Positions 9,141 to 15,763 of a DNA stretch of 41,437 nucleotides are shown one piece after another. The position numbers were made by a program, and so were the translations under genes. The DNA lies in NCBI GenBank assembly GCA_017416695.1, contig JAFQBL010000130.1:1-41437 (forward strand), given 5' to 3'. The notes beneath the pieces were generated by a model. It ran no database searches, had not been told where the DNA came from, and saw nothing but the letters and a program-made list of their open reading frames with translations. This stretch comes from Bacteroidales bacterium (lineage in GTDB: Bacteria; Bacteroidota; Bacteroidia; Bacteroidales; G3-4614). Each line of letters opens with the position of its first letter. The stretch's first letter is position 1.

Positions 9141-9635
9141 TTATTTTATAAACTTCTTTGTTTCTATCTCTCCATTTGATTGTACTGCTACAATATAGAC
9201 GCCTGAGGGGTAGTTGCTAACGTTAAGGTTTGCTACTTTCTCTCCTAATACAAGTGATTGTATCATCACACCCTGCATATTGTATAACTGTACTTGATTG
9301 ATTACTTCATGACTTGTTATACGTACTTCGCCTCTGTAATAGGTTATCACTATATCTGTGGTTTCCATTTCTGTCTCCTTTATGGCTGTAATATCTGTAT
9401 CGCCAAAGGTGATGACCTCAATTCCTTCTATTGCCATAGGGGTTACAATGCCCGAAATGGTAATGCTTATTTCATCTTCCGACGGGAAGGTAATTTTATC
9501 TATTTCGTCAATATTGATTGACTGAAATGCACCTTGTGCGGTCAGATAAACATTCATATAATCCTTTGCAAATACAGAGGGTATAAATATTTGCAACAAT
9601 ACAACAAAGTAAAATATCTTCAATATTTTTTTCAT
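9141..9635 (-). CDS. small T9SS substrate (signal peptide, about 70-aa cargo, T9SS C-terminal sorting domain)
   Basis: 164-aa ORF with signal peptide MKKILKIFYFVVLLQIFIPSVFA. The C-terminal VQLYNMQGVMIQSLVLGEKVANLNVSNYPSGVYIVAVQSNGEIETKKFIK matches the type-A Por/T9SS CTD pattern. Confidence 0.7.
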   Translation of the reverse strand: MKKILKIFYFVVLLQIFIPSVFAKDYMNVYLTAQGAFQSINIDEIDKITFPSEDEISITISGIVTPMAIEGIEVITFGDTDITAIKETEMETTDIVITYYRGEVRITSHEVINQVQLYNMQGVMIQSLVLGEKVANLNVSNYPSGVYIVAVQSNGEIETKKFIK

Positions 9636-9673
9636 TTCAATGTGTTTTTAAGTTATTATAATTGTTCCTTTCA

Positions 9674-9681
9674 TAACTTTG
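9674..9681 (+). promoter_or_regulatory. Bacteroidota -7 promoter box (TAACTTTG) with no ORF immediately downstream
   Basis: Perfect TAnnTTTG. It would place a transcription start near 9688, just upstream of the 9696-9868 rod-like element. Confidence 0.4.
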
Positions 9682-9695
9682 CAGATACGCACATA

Positions 9696-9868
9696 AAAAA
9701 AGCGAGGAACTTTCAGTATTTCTCTCTGACAGGGTGTTTGGCGTACCCGAAGAATAGAAATAACCGAAAGCCCACGCATAACGTGAGCAGTTCTATTATT
9801 ATTCATATTCTTCTATTTAAGTCGCCAAACTTTTGTCAGAGAATGAATAATTACTAAAACGCTTTTTT
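9696..9868 (+). ncRNA. candidate structured RNA (long imperfect rod; sRNA/6S-like, or a 5' leader if read on the minus strand)
   Basis: Complementary segments are 9696-9704/9860-9868 (9 bp), 9715-9718/9852-9855, 9723-9730/9835-9842 (8 bp), 9736-9743/9823-9830 (8 bp) and 9753-9759/9811-9817 (7 bp). The apical hairpin is CACG-CATAA-CGTG at 9773-9785. Three G:T oppositions (9732-9734 with 9832-9834) pair only in a plus-strand transcript. The 3' arm ends in a T6 run. Confidence 0.3.
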
Positions 9869-9965
9869 CAATATGTTCAAGATGTGCGTATAAACTATAC
9901 GCTAATGTTTCATAGGCAATTTCTTGTTTTTATTTATGCAACATAGTGTTATTTTATCAACTTTG

Positions 9966-9973
9966 CAAAATTA
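9966..9973 (-). promoter_or_regulatory. Bacteroidota -7 promoter box (TAATTTTG on minus strand)
   Basis: CAAAATTA on the plus strand. This is the only perfect minus-strand box between 9636 and 10012. It would give the 9141..9635 gene a leader of about 320 nt. Confidence 0.35.
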
Positions 9974-9984
9974 CTATTTTTTTA

Positions 9985-9992
9985 TACATTTG
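9985..9992 (+). promoter_or_regulatory. Bacteroidota -7 promoter box (TACATTTG) for the M60-like gene
   Basis: TAnnTTTG 21 nt upstream of the ATG at 10013. Confidence 0.5.
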
Positions 9993-10012
9993 CAAATCAA
10001 CACACATTTTTA

Positions 10013-13000
10013 ATGTTTAATATGAGAAAGTTTTGTACTCTTATTTTATGGGTATTGTTACTTTGTTTTACAACTCCTGCAATGGCTCAGTTGAGCGAAC
10101 TATCTAGTAAAGTTATTAATGCGATTGGCAGTGAGACTTCATCTTTTACTACTAATCAATGGTACTTGATGTATAATAGAGGTAGAGGCACATACGCCTA
10201 CGAACGCTCTAATGGTATGATTTACGTTAAAAATAGCGAAGTTCCTGTTGTTGGAGATAATGCCTCCTCAAAAAGTGCTTTTTTAATTCGTTTGGTGGAG
10301 AGTGGCACTACCGATAAATACTATATACAAACAGGCAATGGTAACTATTTTGGAACTTTAACTGAAGGAAACAATAATGGTATTACTGCCAATAAGAGTG
10401 TGCTTTATAGTTGTAATACTATTAACGGAAATGTCGGGCACTTCTATTTTAACGATGGCAACAATATGATTATGGATGCCAATGGTCCCGGCGATGCCTC
10501 ACTTGCAGGTTGGGGATATGGTAATGTAACTTCCACTAATGGCAATAACGACTGGGCTTTATACCCTGTTACTTTAGGTAATCCAACCAATTTATCGGGT
10601 GCAGAACTTTTAGAATATCAATTGGAAAACCACTCTCTTTTTAGACTTAAAAACAGAAATGCATACTCTACTGGATGGAGTAATCCAATGCTTTCAGAAA
10701 ATGATAATAACAATTTAAGCATCAAAGAAAAAACTTCTGACACAGACCTTTCTCAAATATGGATTATTGAACCAAGTGGTAGCGGTTATACTTTGCGTAA
10801 TGCCAAATCGGGCAGGTATATTAATGATTTATCAACAGGCTCTACAAGCTCTTCAAGTTCTGAACCAAAAGTTTATTATATTAAATACGGAGATAATAAC
10901 TCAAGTGAAAGTACTAACTATATTACTATTAGTGCTACTGATGATTTTTCGGGGAGAAATAGTTTGCACCATCAAAACTATGCTTGTGCAGGTGGTGGAC
11001 AAAACCTCGTGGTTTGGGATGCAGGAAGTGGTGGAAACTCCACTGCTTCGGACTGGACCTTGGAGGTTGTTACTAATATTACAGAAGATAATATAAGAGA
11101 CCATTTTACTGAAATGTCTGGTGTGGACTCTGAAATTGTTGCGGGTAAAATTTATAGATTTATCAGCAACTCATACGGGAATGTTATGACTGAACTATTC
11201 ACAAATAACTCTGTTAAATGTATGCCTCTTGATGAGAACAACTATGCTCAATATTGGAGAGTGATTGCCAACGGAGATAACTATATTTTACAAAATGTTT
11301 TAACTGAACGATATATTCAGGCTCAAAGAGGTACTTTTTCTGTTCCCTACTCTACCGGAACTTCGCAACATACTTTTGCTATTAATAGCAGAGGAGATAA
11401 ATGGATATCTTCATTTACCATTACTGATTACAATACTGTTGGTTTACACTGTGCCTCTTCACAAGAGAACTATGTTGTGGGATGGTATACAAATACAGAT
11501 GCTTCGGTTTGGCGTGTTCAATCAGTTAATTTAACTGACAACGAGATTGAAGAAGCCCAAGGAAGTTATAATGCTTTTAAGGATTTACAAGATAACAAAG
11601 CTGCTATTCAAACTCGTTTAATGTATTTCTTTGAGGATTATGCTTGCACAACTCTTAAAACTGAATATCAATCGATGACCGATGATATTTTACTAATGCA
11701 CTTGGAGAATAAAGATATTTTCAATCCTCTATTGCAAGAGATGATTCTTAAAGTTAAAAACAATAGTTGGCAAACTTACGATATTGCTTGGAATAAGACC
11801 GAAAAGACATTCCGTATTGCAGACTATAAGGTTTATAGCGATTGGGATTGGGATGCTTGGACTGCTATTACTCAAAATGGCTATTGCTTTAGCAGATTGA
11901 GCAACCCTACTGGTATATGTGGTAAGAGCGGTGATGTTATTTTAATATTGGTGGATAGTGATATTCCAAGCGGTGTGTCGCTACAAATAGAGGCCGTTAA
12001 TGGAACAAGTAGCGCTGGAGTTACTTCTCCTCTCGCAAAAGGTTTAAACTCTATTATTTTAAGTGAAGATGCAAACTTATTTATATACTATACTGCCGAT
12101 GTTACCAACGATGGTTATGGCAACTACTCTTATCCTAAACTTTCAGATATTGCAGATATAAAGATTCATATTGAGGGTGGTAGCGTTAACGGATATTTTG
12201 ACCTCACAAAAGGAGATAACAACATTGACTGGAGTAAATTGCAATCTTACCTACTCAAAGACAGTGAGGTGATTAACTTAAAGACTGACTACTTGATGTT
12301 TAATATGAATTGTGAGTTGGTTAAACAATATTGCCCTGTATATATGGTTGAACTTTTAACTATTTGGGATAATATTATTAAGTCGCAACGCGAACTTATG
12401 GGATTTGAGGATTATGAGGGTTATTTTAACAACTTGCTTATTGCTGCCTCAATAGGTAATAGTTATATGTATGCAAGTTCGTATGGTACATATTATAACG
12501 AAACTACTCTGCCAAGTGTAATGAACTATGAGGAGATGAACGCAACTGGTGCTATTTGGGGTCCTGCTCACGAGAATGGACATATTCACCAAAACGTTAT
12601 TAATATGGTGGGATGCACAGAGGTATCCAATAATTTGTTCTCTAATGTTGCAGTATATAAGCAAGGTCGTTTTACAATGCGTGCCGATGAACTTTCTACT
12701 ACCATTAATAACTTTGCAAATAATGTGCATTGGACTGCTCGTGATATTTGGGAGCAATGTTTAATGTACACAAAACTTTATTACTATTACCATGTTTTGG
12801 GTAATAATCCCGAGTTCTATCCCAACTTGTTTAGATCGTTGCGTAACGATCCGTTGGACAGAAGAAAGGGTGTTACCATAAGACTTAAAGATGAGAGTTT
12901 GAAATTTGTCCGCCACGTATGCGATGTTGCTGGAGAGGACTTAACTGAGTTCTTTAAAGTGTTTGGTTTCTTTGAAACTCCACAAAATAATGGTAATGAT

Positions 13001-14326
13001 TTAGGTTTCCATAAGGACGATTATGGCAATTTCTATATTGACACAAACCCAACTACTACGGCTGAAGATATTGAGGCTACTCTTGAGTATATTAAGAGCA
13101 AAAACTATCCTAAAAATAGCAGCATCATCTTTATTGATGACCGTATTAAACCATCTCCTGCAAACTACGATGGGATGCCTATTGGTGCTTTAAGAGGCGA
13201 CTTTAATAATGAACACCCAATAGGTGAGGTTGGTGACGTTGGTCAATATAACGACTACTCTGACGAGTTTAAATGTAATGGATACAAGTTTACTTCAAAC
13301 AATGGTAATGTTACTATTGAGGGTGAGGGGGCTGTTGGTTTTAAAGTGTATGACCAAAACGGAGAGTTAGTTTATATATCAAATACTAAAGAGTTTACTA
13401 TACCAACCGATATTTTAAACTCATTAGGTAGTAACTTTGAAATTATGGCAACTGAAAGTAATGGCGAGGATATCACTATTGCTAATGCAAATGAAACTCT
13501 ATATAATTTAGATGTTTATTATGGCAAGAATGAGAAGAAGACTATCTACTCAAATGGAGAGGCTATTACCCTACCCGATAATGCTCTTGCTTTTATTACT
13601 GGTAGCAACAGATATGATGCTCCCTCAACTTTGACAAATAGCCAAAATGTTATTAATGCCTATAATATGGCTTCAGAGGTTGTTTTAAAAGATAATGTTG
13701 ATTTCTATGCTCCATACAACTTTACTGCTACTGAGGTAAATTTTGATAGAGGTATTGATGCTAACGAGATGAGATTGTTGGTTGTTCCGTTTGATGTGAA
13801 TAGTAATAGTATTAATGGTGATGTTTACGCTTTTGACAAGGTTGAGGGTAATATGGTAAACTTTACTTCATATAGTGGGGTGTTAAGTGCTAATACTCCT
13901 TATTTGATTTACTCAGAGAGCAGTGATAATATTGTTACTCCATTAGAAAACACAACTATCAAGGCTACTCCAAACGCAATATCTATTGGAGGTAGCAATG
14001 CTTCATTAGTAAGTAGTTATAAGGAAAGTGCTACAACAGGAAACCTTTATGAGTACGTTGTTGGTGGATTTGAGAAGTTACAAGAGGATTGGTTACCCTT
14101 TGAGACTATGTTGCAGATTAATGACAGTGAGGTTTTTGACAGATATATTATATCGTTCAATGGAGAGGCAACTGGTATTGAGATTCCAACTAATGACTAC
14201 TCGATATTCCCTGCCGATGTGTATGATTTGAACGGAAGATTGATTAGAGTAAATGCTGAGTCTCTTGAAGGTCTTTCAAATGGTATTTACATTGTAAATG
14301 GCACAAAAATTATTTGGCAAGATTAG
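10013..14326 (+). CDS. T9SS-secreted M60-like (enhancin/mucinase-type) zinc metallopeptidase with three N-terminal lectin-like modules
   Basis: 1437-aa ORF with signal peptide ...LLLCFTTPAMA-Q. The zinc motif HENGH is at 12569-12583, followed by IHQ....TEVSNN (the HExxH...E pattern of M60-like peptidases). Three modules of about 150-170 aa end in NDWALYPV, SDWTLEVV and ASVWRVQSV and carry QxW-like motifs (SQIWII, AQYWRV). The C-terminal VYDLNGRLIRVNAESLEGLSNGIYIVNGTKIIWQD is a T9SS CTD. The alternative start at 10022 (MRKF...) is equally plausible. Confidence 0.8.
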   Translation: MFNMRKFCTLILWVLLLCFTTPAMAQLSELSSKVINAIGSETSSFTTNQWYLMYNRGRGTYAYERSNGMIYVKNSEVPVVGDNASSKSAFLIRLVESGTTDKYYIQTGNGNYFGTLTEGNNNGITANKSVLYSCNTINGNVGHFYFNDGNNMIMDANGPGDASLAGWGYGNVTSTNGNNDWALYPVTLGNPTNLSGAELLEYQLENHSLFRLKNRNAYSTGWSNPMLSENDNNNLSIKEKTSDTDLSQIWIIEPSGSGYTLRNAKSGRYINDLSTGSTSSSSSEPKVYYIKYGDNNSSESTNYITISATDDFSGRNSLHHQNYACAGGGQNLVVWDAGSGGNSTASDWTLEVVTNITEDNIRDHFTEMSGVDSEIVAGKIYRFISNSYGNVMTELFTNNSVKCMPLDENNYAQYWRVIANGDNYILQNVLTERYIQAQRGTFSVPYSTGTSQHTFAINSRGDKWISSFTITDYNTVGLHCASSQENYVVGWYTNTDASVWRVQSVNLTDNEIEEAQGSYNAFKDLQDNKAAIQTRLMYFFEDYACTTLKTEYQSMTDDILLMHLENKDIFNPLLQEMILKVKNNSWQTYDIAWNKTEKTFRIADYKVYSDWDWDAWTAITQNGYCFSRLSNPTGICGKSGDVILILVDSDIPSGVSLQIEAVNGTSSAGVTSPLAKGLNSIILSEDANLFIYYTADVTNDGYGNYSYPKLSDIADIKIHIEGGSVNGYFDLTKGDNNIDWSKLQSYLLKDSEVINLKTDYLMFNMNCELVKQYCPVYMVELLTIWDNIIKSQRELMGFEDYEGYFNNLLIAASIGNSYMYASSYGTYYNETTLPSVMNYEEMNATGAIWGPAHENGHIHQNVINMVGCTEVSNNLFSNVAVYKQGRFTMRADELSTTINNFANNVHWTARDIWEQCLMYTKLYYYYHVLGNNPEFYPNLFRSLRNDPLDRRKGVTIRLKDESLKFVRHVCDVAGEDLTEFFKVFGFFETPQNNGNDLGFHKDDYGNFYIDTNPTTTAEDIEATLEYIKSKNYPKNSSIIFIDDRIKPSPANYDGMPIGALRGDFNNEHPIGEVGDVGQYNDYSDEFKCNGYKFTSNNGNVTIEGEGAVGFKVYDQNGELVYISNTKEFTIPTDILNSLGSNFEIMATESNGEDITIANANETLYNLDVYYGKNEKKTIYSNGEAITLPDNALAFITGSNRYDAPSTLTNSQNVINAYNMASEVVLKDNVDFYAPYNFTATEVNFDRGIDANEMRLLVVPFDVNSNSINGDVYAFDKVEGNMVNFTSYSGVLSANTPYLIYSESSDNIVTPLENTTIKATPNAISIGGSNASLVSSYKESATTGNLYEYVVGGFEKLQEDWLPFETMLQINDSEVFDRYIISFNGEATGIEIPTNDYSIFPADVYDLNGRLIRVNAESLEGLSNGIYIVNGTKIIWQD

Positions 14327-14351
14327 TAATTTTATATTTTAATTTCAAATT

Positions 14352-14392
14352 AGCGGAGACTCTGAACAAGTGTTTCCGCTTTTTGTTTTTTT
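14352..14392 (+). terminator. rho-independent terminator
   Basis: AGCGGAGAC (14352-14360) pairs with GTTTCCGCT (14372-14380) with one mismatch. TTTTGTTTTTTT follows. The element starts 26 nt after the stop at 14326. Confidence 0.7.
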
Positions 14393-14501
14393 GGTATTGA
14401 TATGATTTTTTTTATTTATTACGTTGATATTGTGTTTTATTAATAAAAAATTGTAACTTCGCCATATAATATTTTTGTTTTTCCGCTTATTATCATTCGT
14501 C

Positions 14502-15743
14502 ATGGAAGAGGTTAATAAAAAAGAGATTATTCTTGTTCAGATTACAGGTGATGATCGTCCTGGTGTTACAAGTGCTTTAACAAACATTTTGGCTAAGTAC
14601 AATGCTATTGTTCTGGATATCGGTCAGGCTGATATTCATCACTCTTTGTCGTTAGGTATTTTGTTTGTTACCGATAGCATAAATTCTGGTTGTATTATTA
14701 AAGAACTTCTTTTTAAAGCAACCGAAATTGGTATAAACATTAGATTCTCTCCAGTTAGCGAAGAGGAGTATAATAGTTGGGTTGGAAGACAAGGTAAGAG
14801 CAGATATATTATTACTATATTGGGAAGACGTGTTACTGCTCAACAAATTGGCGAGGTAACAAAGATTGTTGCCGAAAATGAACTTAATATTGATGCTATA
14901 CGAAGACTTACTGGTCGTATGCCTTTGGAAGAGGTGGAGACTGAAGTGGGTGTTTCTTGTATTGAACTCTCGGTCAGAGGTACTCCTAAGGATAAAAACA
15001 AGATGCAAGCATCGTTTATTGAACTCTCTTCAAGATTGAGTATAGATATCTCGTTCCAAGAGGATAATATCTTTAGACGTACTCGTAGATTGATTTGCTT
15101 TGATATGGATTCTACTCTTATTGAAACTGAGGTTATTGATGAACTTGCCGACCGCGCTGGAGTTGGTAAAGAGGTGAGAGAGATTACAGAGTCGGCAATG
15201 AGAGGCGAGATTGATTTCCATGAGAGTTTTACCCGAAGAGTTGCTCTTCTGAAAGGGTTGGATGTTAGTGTAATGAAAGATATTGCGGAGAGCCTTCCTA
15301 TGACAGAAGGTATTGAACGTTTAATGAAAACTCTAAAGACTGTTGGATTTAAGATTGCTATCCTCTCGGGTGGTTTTACATACTTTGGCGAATATCTGAA
15401 ACGTAAATTTGGTATAGACTATGTTTATGCTAATGAACTTGAAGTGGTTGATGGCAAACTTACTGGACGTTATGTTGGAGATATTGTTGATGGTAAACGC
15501 AAAGCGGAACTTTTGCGGTTATTGGCTCAAATAGAGAATGTGAATATTGCACAAACTATTGCTGTTGGAGACGGGGCTAACGATATTCCTATGCTAAACA
15601 CTGCTGGTTTGGGTATTGCATTCCACGCAAAACCTAAAGTTAAGGCTAATACCAAGCAATCTATTTCAACTATTGGTTTGGATGGTATTCTTTATTTCTT
15701 AGGTTTTAAAGATTCGTACTATAACTCTCCTCTTAACGACTAA
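14502..15743 (+). CDS. serB: phosphoserine phosphatase with N-terminal ACT-like domains
   Basis: HAD motifs FDMDSTLI, LSGGF and GDGANDIPML, plus an N-terminal ILVQITGDDRPGVTSALTNILA ACT-type fold. I prefer the ATG at 14502 (MEEVNKK...) to the TTG at 14475 used in the ORF track. Confidence 0.85.
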   Translation: MEEVNKKEIILVQITGDDRPGVTSALTNILAKYNAIVLDIGQADIHHSLSLGILFVTDSINSGCIIKELLFKATEIGINIRFSPVSEEEYNSWVGRQGKSRYIITILGRRVTAQQIGEVTKIVAENELNIDAIRRLTGRMPLEEVETEVGVSCIELSVRGTPKDKNKMQASFIELSSRLSIDISFQEDNIFRRTRRLICFDMDSTLIETEVIDELADRAGVGKEVREITESAMRGEIDFHESFTRRVALLKGLDVSVMKDIAESLPMTEGIERLMKTLKTVGFKIAILSGGFTYFGEYLKRKFGIDYVYANELEVVDGKLTGRYVGDIVDGKRKAELLRLLAQIENVNIAQTIAVGDGANDIPMLNTAGLGIAFHAKPKVKANTKQSISTIGLDGILYFLGFKDSYYNSPLND

Positions 15744-15763
15744 ACTTTACAATATAGAGCAGT

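Noticed and set aside
9723-9842. Inverted repeats TCTCTGACA...TTTGGCG / CGCCAAA...TGTCAGAGA, considered as an invertible promoter (inverton) or MITE ends
   Set aside because: The arms are only about 79 bp apart, enclose no -7 box, and have no nearby recombinase or target-site duplication. The G:T-compensated pairing favours an RNA-level structure.
9534-9857. 107-aa plus-strand ORF covering the divergent intergenic region
   Set aside because: It begins inside the 9141..9635 gene on the opposite strand. Its translation is Y/N/F/K low-complexity. The region is better explained by the extensive base-pairing described in the findings.
9962-9996. Palindrome TTTGCAAA recurring in intergenic regions (9962, 9989, 20481, 36302), considered as a dedicated operator motif
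   Set aside because: The same 8-mer also occurs inside coding sequence, for example near 9565, 12713 and 29192. It is simply what results when -7 boxes (TTTG) on opposite strands abut. No evidence points to a separate regulator site.
14475-14501. TTG-initiated extension of serB, plus analogous upstream extensions at 23721-23774 (PCMD-like gene) and 38263-38295 (YgbA-like gene)
   Set aside because: In each case an in-frame ATG slightly downstream gives a more canonical N-terminus (MEEVNKK..., a signal peptide plus lipobox, and MTEIEREK...). At 23726 a -7 box lies inside the extension.
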